DNA of 64,000 nucleotides from Macrostomum lignano (lineage: Eukaryota), in the NCBI GenBank assembly GCA_002269645.1, contig NIVC01001722.1, positions 98,072 through 162,071 of the forward strand, read 5' to 3'. The notes beneath the pieces were generated by a model. It was not told where the DNA came from and did not search any database. It saw only the letters and a list, made by a program, of their open reading frames with translations. Shown here one piece after another: positions 52,879 to 64,000 of the stretch (its first letter is position 1; the number at the start of each line of letters is the position of its first letter). Position numbers and translations under genes: made by a program.

Positions 52879-54394
52879 AAATGCCCACCCCTATCTCCCA
52901 CTGCTCACCCCTATCTCCCACAGCTCACCCCATCTCTCACTGCTCACCCCATGTCTCACTGCTCACCCCATCTCTCACTGCTCACCCCATCTCCCACTGC
53001 TCACCCCATTCTACCCCCTGACACCTCTATGACCTGACACCTCTGTCCCCCTGAAACTTCAATCCCCGACATCTTTATCCGGCTCCACTCATGGACTCAT
53101 CATCACAGCCGATGTTAATGACAGCTTCATTAAGCCTCCCCTTTTTCCGTGCAAGGTGCTAACTTCTCTTGAATCTCCATTTAAATAAAGTTCGGGAGAA
53201 ATCACACAATACGCAAGAGACCGGAAGTCATCTAAAAAAGCTCTGTCCGCAGAAGTTACTGTAAATCTTTTAAACTCAAATATCGAATGTATATTTGTGT
53301 TTACAAAAAGTCTAAACTTACTACACAGGAGGTCTTCGGCATCTCGGGTACAAAAGTTCGTACATGATTGCTTCAGCAGTAATTTTATAATATATAAAAT
53401 CGATACCCTATACTTTAACAGCCGTAAGTTTGCAAGTTTCGTTTAAACACTGGCTGAATATTTGTGTACGAGCTACATAATAACTGCCTTATTAAAAGTC
53501 CAAAGTAAGCATGCAATTTTTTTGCAAATTCGAATATTTGTGAAAATTAGTTTAATAATTAATACGCCAGCTCCAAAGCACTTCGTTTTCGAGCATTGAA
53601 TCCTTTAAATTTTATCAAGAATTTTTTGTTATTTAAAACAAAATAAAAAACTTTATAATAAAAGTTCCTAGAATATCATTAATGTTTGATACAAATGGTA
53701 AAAGCAACAAAATGTTGGACATATTTCTGAAAAAATTACATATTATATTAGCCAACAACTATTTTGATGTTTGACCTCTATCACAATCTCTATTTTGTAG
53801 CAAGTACCTTCTTGAGGAAGGAAGAATCTTCTTCTAGTGGTCCTTGTTTAGTAGATTAATATATTAATTCATATAAACAAAGAATAATCAAATATAATAA
53901 AAAAAGGATAGATAAAGCATGTGCTAGATAACTTGTTGCAAGAGTAATCATTTTTAATTTTTAATTTGATTATGTAAAAATATTACATCTACTGATATAA
54001 AAATTGATCGAGAAAATAAATCAGTTATTTAGCTACTTAAATTCAAAATATTAATTTTGACGACGGGGTATTCATAGACACAACACTTAAAATGTGAGGA
54101 AAGGAAAGCAGAAAAAATTGTGTTGTTGCTACTCACTTTTTGTGCCTTTTTGCGCGTTTTCGTCGGTTATAAGATTAAAATTTTATACCAGTAAAAACCA
54201 AGCTCTCTTCCTTTCATTAAATAGATTGTTCCTCTTGCCACAAATAATAGAACAAATCCTCGCCCCATTTACATGTACGTGTGAGCACACTTAGTCAGTT
54301 ACTGGAATACCGGTCAGACAGACAGACAGACAGACAGATCTTAGAGATTTAGTATATTGTGATTAGTTTAAAGTCAATTATCATCGAAAACTGC

Positions 54395-54640
54395 CACCAA
54401 CAGAAAGCGGAGGAAAAAATCCGGAGAATTCAGATCAATCAGAAAGCGGATGAAAAATCCGGAAAATTCAGACCAATCAGAAAGCGGAGAAAAAATCCGG
54501 AGAACTCAGGCCAATCAGAAAGCGGAGGAAAAATCCTGAAAATTCAGACCAATCAGAAAGCGGAGAAAACATCCGGAGAACTCAGGCCAATCAGAAAGCA
54601 AAGGAAACATCCGGAAAATTCAGACCAATCAGAAAGCGGC
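54395..54640. repeat. ~38-39-bp repeat (ccaatcagaaagcggagaaaaaatccggagaa..), 7 copies, overlapping the TRPM stop codon
   Basis: Directly visible; the last copy contains gct ttc tga on the minus strand. Confidence 0.9.
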
Positions 54641-57600
54641 ACCGTGGTGCTGCGCGGCCAGCCTCAGCAGCATTCGCTCGGTGGAGCCCAGCATTCGCCT
54701 GTTGGCCAAATCCATCCAAGCCGGCTGATCGACCTCGCCGAAAACGGTGGCCGCCGCCAGCAGCTGGTCGCCCATGCTTGAAGTGTAATTCTCGTGCACG
54801 TTGACGCAGGCCAGCTCAAGCCAGGCGTTGCTACCCGGATGCGATGGCGGCGAGACACCGGTGTAGAGCTGGTGGCGGGGAGCAGCAGTGTAAATCGAAA
54901 CGTTTAATGCCTTGGGCAAAAAACAAAAACCTCCCTTTGTGACCATAGACTATTCGATTCTAGAATTAATCTCTAATACCGTGTCCATACCCTCTCCACC
55001 GTGTCCATATACCCTCTCCACCGTGTCCATACCCTCTCCACCGTGTCCATACCCTCTCCACCGTGTCCATACCCTCTCCATTGTGTCCATACCCTCTCCA
55101 CCGTGTCCATACCCTCTCCACCGTGTCCATACCCTCTCCATTGTGTCCATACCCTCTCCACCGTGTCCATATACCCTCTCCACCGTGTCCATATACCCTC
55201 TCCACCGTGTCCATATACCCTCTCCACCGTGTCCATACCCTCTCCACCGTGTCCATACCCTCTCCACCGTGTCCATACCCTCTCCACCGTGTCCATACCC
55301 TCTCCACCGTGTCCATATACCCTCTCCACCGTGTCCATACCCTCTCCACCGTGTCCATACCCTCTCCACCGTGTCCATATACCCTCTCCACCGTGTCCAT
55401 ACCCTCTCCACCGTGTCCATACCCTCTCCACCGTGTCCATACCCTCTCCATTGTGTCCATACCCTCTCCACCGTGTCCATACCCTCTCCACCGTGTCCAT
55501 ACCCTCTCGATTGTGTCCATACCCTCTCCACCGTGTCCATATACCCTCTCCACCGTGTCCATATACCCTCTCCACCGTGTCCATATACCCTCTCCACCGT
55601 GTCCATACCCTCTCCACCGTGTCCATACCCTCTCCACCGTGTCCATACCCTCTCCACCGTGTCCATATACCCTCTCCACCGTGTCCATACCCTCTCCACC
55701 GTGTCCATACCCTCTCCACCGTGTCCATACCCTCTCCATTGTGTCCATACCCTCTCCACCGTGTCCATACCCTCTCCACCGTGTCCATACCCTCTCCATT
55801 GTGTCCATACCCTCTCCACCGTGTCCATATACCCTCTCCACCGTGTCCATATACCCTCTCCACCGTGTCCATATACCCTCTCCACCGTGTCCATACCCTC
55901 TCCACCGTGTCCATACCCTCTCCACCGTGTCCACACCCTCTCCACCGTGTCCATACCCTCTCCACCGTGTCCATATACCCTCTCCACCGTGTCCACACCC
56001 TCTCCACCGTGTCCATATTCTCTCCACCGTGTCCATACCCTCTCCATTGTGTCCATACCCTCTCCACCGTGTCCATATACCCTCTCCACCGTGTCCATAT
56101 ACCCTCTCCACTGTTTCCATACCCTCTCCACCGTGTCCATACCCTCTCCATTGTGTCCATACCCTCTCCACCGTGTCCATACCCTCTCCACTGTGTCCAT
56201 ACCCTCTCCACCGTGTCCATACCCTCTCCACCGTGTCCATACCCTCTCCACTGTGTCCATACCCTCTCCACCGTGTCCATACCCTCTCCATTGTGTCCAT
56301 ACCCTCTCCACCGTGTCCATACCCTCTCCGCCGTCCCTCTCCCTAGCCTCTCCATTCTCACTGCTTATTCTAGTTAATTTCAGCCAGTGCTTCAGTATCC
56401 GTAGTTGAAATCAATGAGCTCTTCAACTGCTCACCGTCTTGGTTGAGGCTTGCCGCAGGCTGCTCAATCTGCGGTCCAGCTGCCTGCGCCCGTCTGGGCG
56501 GCCGCGCGACTCGGCGACCAGAGCCTCCTGCAGCCAGCCCATCGCCAGCTGCTCGTTGCAGGTGGCGGCTGCCGACTCTGCCGAGCCGCATCGTTCGGGA
56601 TGCTTGACCAGGAACTGGGGGCGAGCGGCCGGGTTCGGGTCGTGTGCTTGGACCCACCAGTCATTGACTTCTCACATTAAATCTCAAAATCCCACACCCT
56701 CGATCGAAAATCCCACACCCTCAATCGAAAATCCCACACCCTCAATCTAAAATCCCACACCCTCAATCGAAAATCCCACACCCTCAATCGAAAATCCCAC
56801 ACCCTCAATCGAAAATCCCACACCCTCAATCGAAAATCCCACACCCTCAATCGAAAATCCCACACCCTCAATCGAAAATCCCACACCCTCAATCGAAAAT
56901 CCCACACCCTCAATCGAAAATCCCACACCCTCAATCGAAAATCCCACACCCTCAATCGAAAATCCCACACCCTCAATCGAAAACCCCACACCTTCAGTCA
57001 AAAGTCCCACACCCTCCAGAACGGAAATCCCATTCGCTCACCCAAGGCAGCAGGTGCTCAGCCATGCTGACATATTGCAGCACCTTCTGGCTTCCCTTCT
57101 TCACCAAATTGTGCTTGTCGTCCCGTTTCCATCTGGTGATGAGCACCACCAGTCCGTGATTTGGTCCCCACAGAGGCAGCGGTCCTCGACTGGGCGGTCC
57201 AGCGGCGGCCGCGGTATCCTGCGTCGGCGGCGGCAGCGGCCAGCCATCGTCAGTCAGCGGGAAGCCGCCAACCAGCAGAGAGCGGCGGCTGAAGCCGCGA
57301 GCCCGGTCGAATGAATTGAACACTCGACGGCGATTCTCTGGTGTGGTGGCCGTGAGGCTGGGCTCGTCTCGCTGCCACTCCTGCCAGCTCGCATCGTCTG
57401 GGGCCGATGGCTGCGGAATTGGGGAAACAGCTGCCCTTGTCTGTGCCTTGTCCGTGTCTTGTCTGTGCCATGTCTGTGTCATGTCTGTGCCATGTCTGTG
57501 TCATGTCTGTGCCTTGTCTGTGCCTTGTCTGTGCCTTGTCCGTGTCTTGTCTGTGTCTTGTCTGCGCCATGTCTGTGCCATGTCTGTGTCATGTCTGTGC

Positions 57601-60600
57601 CTTGTCTGTGCCTTGTCTGTGTCTTGTCCGTGTCTTGTCTGTGCCTTGTCTGTGCCTTGTCTGTGCCTTGTCTGTGTCTTGTCTGTGTCTTGTCCGTGTC
57701 TTGTCTGTGCCTTGTCCGTGTCTTGTCTGTGCCATTTCTGTGTCTTGTCTGTGCCATGTCTGTGCCATGTCTGTGCCATGTCTGTGCCATGTCTGTGCCA
57801 TGTCTGTGCCTTGTCCGTGTCTTGTCCGTGTCTTGTCTGTGTCTTGTCTGTGTCTTGTCCTTGTCTTGTCTGTGCCTTGTTTGTGTCTTGTCTGTGTCTT
57901 GTCTGAGCCTTTTCTCTTGCAAACTTTTTGTCTTTTTCATGCTTCCTGTTTTAGTCCCCTGTCCCCCTGTGTCCCCTGTCTCCTGTCCCTGACCCCTGTC
58001 CCTGTCCCCTGTCCCTGACCCCTGTCCCTGTCCCTGTCCCATGTCCCCAGCCGCACCGGATCGGTCAGGGCATCAGCTGGCGATCGGAAGGGTTTGGCCC
58101 GCAGCATCTGGTGCTCCATCAGCGGCAGAGCCACCCAGGTGAGCTCGGTGGTTAGCAACAAAGAGAATCGACTGCTGGCCCTGGCGCTGGCGACGTCGAT
58201 CTCGGACAAGTGCAGCGAGTTGCTGCAGTGGCGAGGAGGGGGTCGGGGGTTCGAGTTTTGTAGGGAAGAGAAATGAGGAAAGATGGCGAATTAGAGCCAC
58301 ACCTTCTGCTTCCGGTTGCTTGGGCGGCCTCGGGCTCTCGCGCCGCTTGCCGGGCACCCCGCGGCGCCGCCTGGGCCTGAGCGGGCGACGGCGCGCGCCT
58401 GGAGCCGCCTGTTGAGGCGGCCGCGGCGGCCGGTTTTGGGTGTACGTCGATGTTGAACTTGGAGCCTGCGCGGGAGCTGCAATAGAAATCGGTGGCAGAT
58501 TGATAAGATAGCAGACACCCCAGGGGAAATACCGGACACCTTAGAGATCACGGACACCCCTGGTGAAATACCGGACAGCCTAGATATCGGACCCCCAGGT
58601 AAAATACCGGACACCTTAGAGATACCGGAAACCCAAGGTGAGATACCGGACACCCAAGGTGAAATACCGGACACCCCAGGTGAAATACCGGACACCCTAG
58701 AGATCGCGGACACCTAGATAAAATACCGGACAACCCAGGTGAAATACCGAACAACCCAGGTGAAATACCGGACACCTACGTAAAATACCGGACACCCTAG
58801 AGATAGCGGACACCCCAGGTGAAATACTGGACACCCTAGGTGAAATACCGGACACCCTAAAGATATCGGACATCCTAGGTGAAATAGCGGACACCCTGAA
58901 GATATCGGACATCCTAGGTGAAATACCGGACACCCTAGGTGAAATACCGGACACTCTAGAGATAGCGGACACCCCAAGTGAAATACCGGACACCCTAGGT
59001 GAAATACCGGACACCCTAGGTGAAATAGCGGACACCCTGAAGATATCGGACATCCTAGGTGAAATACCGGACACCCTAGGTGAAATACCGGACACACTAG
59101 AGATAGCGGACACCCCAAGTGAAATACCGGACACTCTAGAGACATCGGACACCGAGGTGAAATACCGGACACCCCAGGTGAAATACCGGACACCCTAGAG
59201 ATAGCGGACACCCAACAAAAGCGACAGCAAGCCAAGCAAAAGCTGACCCCATATGCTGCACCAGCTGGTTCAGGCAGTTTAGACAGGCGGTCTGCTGCAG
59301 CTCCATCCTCTGGCCCAGCCTCCGCACTTCCTCTTGCAGTCCGTCGACCCGCTCAGACAATCCGACGCATCTCTCGTCAACATCGTCAATTCGACGCAGC
59401 TGCTTCTCGGTGTCGCGGAGACCCTCGCGGATTCGAACCCGGACCACCGAGTGCATGGTGTCCCAGTCCATGGACTGGGCGGCGGCTGCCGCGGCTGCCG
59501 CGGCCGCAGCGACCGCCGATGCGGTGTCGTCGGTAGTGCCGGCAGCCGACTGCGACGGCAGCTGCAGCTGGCGGCGACCTGCCGGGTCGGATGCATTCGC
59601 TCGCCGGCGCTGCTGATTGGCCTCCTGGCGACGGCGGAGGAACTCCTGCGAGCGGAGGCCCTCCCACTTGGTCAGCTGCTCCTCGCTCACGGCGGAGTCG
59701 CCTACGATGCAGCCTTGTAGGGGGGGGGGGTGATCAGGTGTTTGTGAGCAGGATGGAGTGATCTGTGTTTGTGAGCAGGCTGGAGTGACCTGTGTTTGTG
59801 AGTAGGCTGGGTGATCTGTGTCTGTGAGTAGGCTGGGGTGACCTGTGTTTGTGAGCAGGATGGAGTGATCTGTGTTTGTGAGCAGGCTGGAGTGACCTGT
59901 GTTTGTGAGTAGGCTGGGTGATCTGTGTCTGTGAGTAGGCTGGGTGATCTGTGTCTGTGAGTAGGCTGGGGTGACCTGTGTTTGTGAGCAGGATGGAGTG
60001 ATCTGTGTTTGTGAGCAGGCTGGAGTGACCTGTGTTTGTGAGTAGGCTGGAGTGATCTGTGTTTGTGAGCAGGCTGGAGTGACCTGTGTTTGTGAGTAGG
60101 CTGGGTGATCTGTGTCTGTGAGTAGGCTGGGGTGACCTGTGTTTGTGAGCAGGCTGGAGTGACCTGTGTTTGTGAGCAGGCTGGAGTGACCTGTGTTTGT
60201 GAGTAGGCTGGGTGATCTGTGTCTGTGAGTAGGCTGGGGTGACCTGTGTTTGTGAGCAGGCTGGAGTGACCTGTGTTTGTGAGCAGGCTGGAGTGACCTG
60301 TGTTTGTGAGTAGGCTGGGTGATCTGTGTTTGTGAGTAGGCTGGAGTGATCTGTGTTTGTGAGCAGGCTGGAGTGATCTGTGTTTGTGAGCAGGCTGGAG
60401 TGATCTGTGTTTGTGAGCAGGCTGGAGTGATCTGTGTTTGTGAGCAGGCTGGAGTGATCTGTGTTTGTGAGCAGGCTGGAGTGATCTGTGTTTGTGAGCA
60501 GGCTGGAGTGATCTGTGTTTGTGAGCAGGCTGGAGTGATCTGTGTTTGTGAGTAGGCTGGGGTGATCTGTGTCTGTGAGTAGGGGTTATGGGGGGAGTCA

Positions 60601-62883
60601 TTTGGTGTCTGTGAGCAGGGGCTGTAGGGGCAAGAGCAGCATGAACACACAATGAGACATTTCTGACTAGTGAACTCACGCAAAAATCCTCGAAAATCTG
60701 AAATTTTGGTAGTGTAAGTATATTGTATTAAATAGGTAATAAAAATCTGATATCCATAATTCCCATGAAATTTGATTCGAACTTACTGATACGACACATA
60801 AGCGGATCTGTTTCAAATTGGATCCGCCTGCGACGCACACCTAGATAAATTAGCAGAGCCAGATTCCACAGCAGCGACAGAGGCGGCGGCGCAATGCTGC
60901 GCTCGGTGTACTCGCGCATGATTAAGTAGCGCTGTAGAGTCCAGTACTGCATAGAGGAGCTCTGGATGCGCTCGTACGTGTTGCTGGAATGTCATTTGGG
61001 TCTCGATGTGCACTCTGTCGGGGTGGGGTGGGGGTGAGGGTTCCAATGTACACTCTTTCTATCCCTCTGTCTGGTTAGTGCGCGGTGAGGGTGAGGGTTT
61101 CACTGTACACTCTTTCTATCCCTCTGTCTGGTTAGTGCGCGGTGAGGGTGAGGGTTTCACTGTACACTCTTTCTATCCCTCTGTCTGGTTAGTGCGCGGT
61201 GAGGGTGAGGGTTTCACTGTACACTCTTTCTATCCCTCTGTCTGGTTAGTGCGCGGTGAGGGTGAGGGTTTCACTGTACACTCTTTCTATCCCTCTGTCT
61301 GGTTAGTGCGCGGTGAGGGTGAGGGTTTCACTGTACACTCTTTCTATCCCTCTGTCTGGTTAGTGCGCGGTGAGGGTGAGGGTTTCACTGTACACTCTTT
61401 CTATCCCTCTGTCTGGTTAGTGCGCGGTGAGGGTGAGGGTTTCACTGTACACTCTTTCTATCCCTCTGTCTGGTTAGTGCGCGGTGAGGGTGAGGGTTTC
61501 ACTGTACACTCTTTCTATTCCTCTGTCTGGTTAGTGCGCGGTGAGGGTGAGGGTTTCACTGTACACTCTTTCTATCCCTCTGTCTGGTTAGTGCGCGGTG
61601 AGGGTGAGGGTTTCACTGTACACTCTTTCTATCCCTCTGTCTGGTTAGTGCGCGGTGAGGGTGAGGGTTTCACTGTACACTCTTTCTATCCCTCTGTCTG
61701 GTTAGTGCGCGGTGAGGGTGAGGGTTTCACTGTACACTCTTTCTATCCCTCTGTCTGGTTAGTGCGCGGTGAGGGTGAGGGTTTCACTGTACACTCTTTC
61801 TATTCCTCTGTCTGGTTAGTGCGCGGTGAGGGTGAGGGTTTCACTGTACACTCTTTCTATCCCTCTGTCTGGTTAGTGCGCGGTAAGAATGGGAGCTTCG
61901 ATCTGAAATTTCGAGCTTGTGAAAGCGACCGGTGGAGAGGGTGGAGTTAAAAAGTAAACATTCAAAGACACTCACGCAAACATGGCAATTAGCAAGTTGA
62001 GAAGAAGCACATTCGTAAAGACTATGTAGAATCCCAATAGGACTGGCGCGATGTAGCGGCCCCAGGAGTCTGGACAGCCGGTCATGTTTAGCCTGCAGGC
62101 GTCCGCTGAAAATATGATATAATTTCTATGGCTTATGAAAAGTTTAGCAACGATACGAAAACATCGGGGTCAGGCTGGTACAACGGGGTCAGATGAGACC
62201 ATACTGTCAGGGCATGAAACCATACTGTCAGAGCATGAGACCATACTGTCAGGGCATGAGACCATACTGTCAGGGCATGAAACCATACTGTCAGGGCATG
62301 AGACCATACTGTCAGGGCATGAAACCATACTGTCAGGGCATGAGACCATACTGTCAGGGCATGAGACCATACTGTCAGGGCATGAGACCATACTGTCAGG
62401 GCATGAAACCATACTGTCAGGGCATGAGACCATACTGTCAGGGCATGAGACCATACTGTCAGTACATGAGACCATACTGTCAGTACATGAGACCATCGGG
62501 TCAGGACATGTACTGTCAGGAGATGACGAATCAGTGAGTCAGTTGTCGCCAGCAGCTGAGGTCCAGATTCGAACTTACACAGCGTGGAAACTGAAAACGA
62601 GTCAAATCGAAGTGATTGAGTTTATTTTTACGGTGCCACAGAAGCCGAGTTATTTAATTTGCGGAAAATCTGCTCTCAAGCTCTCACCTTCGCCGCTGAT
62701 GTAGCCAACTTGTAGTTCGCCAAATGACTCAAAGTAAGCCAGCTTGAGCAGGCTCATCACAGCGTCCATCGCTCCGCCCATGTCCGGCGTGGACATTGGG
62801 AAGATTGTGCTCCACACAAACACTCCGTAGCCAACAACAAAGACCATGAATATGACCATGAACGGGATGAGGTCCTCAATGAT
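54629..62883 (-). CDS. TRPM2-like channel, 3' half (S5 to NUDT9-H; 5' part beyond the window); exons 62883-62688, 62105-61976, 60983-60787, 59713-59248, 58476-58303, 58222-58057, 57410-57042, 56614-56435, 54868-54629
   Basis: S5 LIPFMVIFMVFVVGYGV, pore AYFESFGEL, S6/TRP box NVLLLNLLIAMFANTY..YWTLQRYLIMREY..PPPL, a coiled coil, then NUDT9-H motifs PDDASW, FNSFD, GPLPLWGPNH..ITRWKRD, SNAWLE..VNVH. All junction phases match. Confidence 0.88.
54978..56335. repeat. 20/22-bp minisatellite (ccgtgtccataccctctcca), TRPM intron
   Basis: Directly visible. Confidence 0.95.
56685..57015. repeat. 21-bp minisatellite (aatcgaaaatcccacaccctc), TRPM intron
   Basis: Directly visible. Confidence 0.95.
57435..58050. 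repeat. 10-bp (ttgtctgtgc-type) and 6-7-bp (ctgtcc) repeats, TRPM intron
   Basis: Directly visible. Confidence 0.93.
58505..59215. repeat. ~20-bp minisatellite (aggtgaaataccggacaccc / agagatagcggacaccc), TRPM intron
   Basis: Directly visible. Confidence 0.93.
59730..60615. repeat. 27-bp minisatellite (gtgatctgtgtttgtgagcaggctgga), TRPM intron
   Basis: Directly visible. Confidence 0.95.
61027..61884. repeat. 57-bp minisatellite, ~15 near-identical copies, TRPM intron
   Basis: Unit ggtgagggtgagggtttcactgtacactctttctatccctctgtctggttagtgcgc, no spacers. Confidence 0.96.
62190..62500. repeat. 21-bp minisatellite (tgagaccatactgtcagggca), TRPM intron
   Basis: Directly visible. Confidence 0.95.
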
Positions 62884-62959
62884 CTGGTTGGAGATGTGCG
62901 GGATTTGAGGCGATCAGTTTGAGTCATAGGCCTTCCCTTGTCGTGTGATCTAATAGTCT

Positions 62960-64000
62960 AATCTGGATGATGAGTCACTAATGATCTGGATGATGACTCA
63001 CTAATGATCTGGATGATGACTCACTAATGATCAGGATGATGACTCACTAATGATCTGGATGATGACTCACTAATGATCTGGATTATGACTCACTAATGAT
63101 CTGGATGATGACTCACTAATGATCTGAATGATGACTTACTAATGATCTGGATGATGACTCACTAATGATCTGGATGATGACTCACTAATGATCTGGATGA
63201 TGACTCACTAACGATCTGAATGATGACTCACTAACGATCTGAATGATGACTCACTAATGATCTAGATTATGACTCACTAATGATCTGGATGATGACTCAC
63301 TAATGATCTGGATAATGACTCACTAATGATCTGGATGATGACTCACTAATGATCTGGATAATGACTCACTAATGATCTGGATGATGACTCACTAATGATC
63401 TGGATGATGACTCACTAATGATCTGGATGATGACTCACTAATGATCTGGATGATGACTCACTAATGATCTAGATTATGACTCACTAATGAACTAGATTAT
63501 GACTCACTAATGATCTAGATTTTTTTATTAGAGGCAGGGGGGTTGTGTGCACCCTGGCGCACTTTAAGCGACATATGGACACAACCGGCGAGAGGCATTA
63601 CTGCCCATTCCGCCGACTCCCCTGAGCAGGCATACAAGCGCGCGGATACGTACGCAGGCACACACTCACACAGGAATGTACAGCGGCCCTAACTTTATAT
63701 TATCGTTAGGCATGTACACTTCACTGCGCCTTGGGGGGTTGGCTCTCAAGGCCGTTAATTGCACGAGCAGAGCCAAGTCGAGATTCCAATTCAGCCCCAA
63801 ATTAATGTGACTGCACTTGGAATCGAGCCTGGGTCGCTGGCACACCAGAGCAGCTGCGCTACCGCTGGGCTACGGCCCCCCTTAATGATCTAGATTGTGA
63901 CTCACTAATGATCTGAATGATGACTCACTAATGATCTAGATTATGACTCTCTAATGATCTGGATGATGACTCACTAATGATCTAGATTATGACTCACTAA
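62960..64000. repeat. 23-bp minisatellite (gatgactcactaatgatctggat), TRPM intron, interrupted by a SINE and running off the window
   Basis: Directly visible. Confidence 0.95.
63522..63882 (-). mobile_element. Full-length tRNA-derived SINE (family B), ~360 bp
   Basis: Minus strand: ggggccgtagcccagcggta (A box), ggctcgattcc (B box), shared core, aataaaaaa tail. 14-bp TSD taatgatctagatt on both sides. Confidence 0.88.

Noticed and set aside
54912-56408. Six 427-498-aa ORFs across both strands
   Set aside because: Artefacts of a stop-free 20/22-bp minisatellite inside a TRPM intron.
56640-57030. Alternative TRPM model using the repeat-embedded donor gggt|gtggga and acceptor gaag|tc
   Set aside because: Frame-compatible but uses weaker sites than tgg|gtgagc and cccccag|ttc; not adopted without cDNA evidence.
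61027-61884. CRISPR-like array or 314-aa repeat protein
   Set aside because: Direct tandem units without unique spacers, no cas genes, located in a eukaryotic intron.

Overview
This is eukaryotic, metazoan genomic DNA. GC3-rich, Ala-rich exons, minisatellite-filled introns and the gene content suggest a free-living flatworm such as Macrostomum (inference). Ten host genes could be reconstructed by hand with phase-consistent splice sites: ATP synthase subunit d; a signal-peptide prohormone with 31 tandem FNG(G/V)MF-GKR cassettes; a universal stress protein; a two-DM-domain (MAB-3/dmd-1-like) transcription factor; a GGACT-like cyclotransferase; a same-strand eL31 / divergent eS21 / NAC-alpha trio; a nephrin-like Ig/FN3 receptor; and the 3' half of a TRPM2-like channel with a degenerate NUDT9-H domain. 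Mobile DNA includes a mariner relic, a rearranged piggyBac with cargo-bearing inverted arms, I-group and RTE-type LINE fragments, CMC-, hAT-, MULE- and TA-flanked MITE-like elements, and tRNA-derived SINEs. About 29 tandem arrays are present, including a 5.2 kb 20-mer satellite and a 1.6 kb (GATA)n tract. The most notable observations are the multi-copy amidated neuropeptide precursor, a private minisatellite in 16 of 18 introns (units often carrying splice-site-like motifs, one copying the adjacent splice acceptor), the piggyBac cargo ORF with signs of purifying selection, CpG deserts abutting CpG-rich genes, and the ribosome/NAC cluster with an atypical eS21. No prokaryotic features, rRNA, intact tRNA or CRISPR array were found. 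All counts were made by eye and no database search was run.
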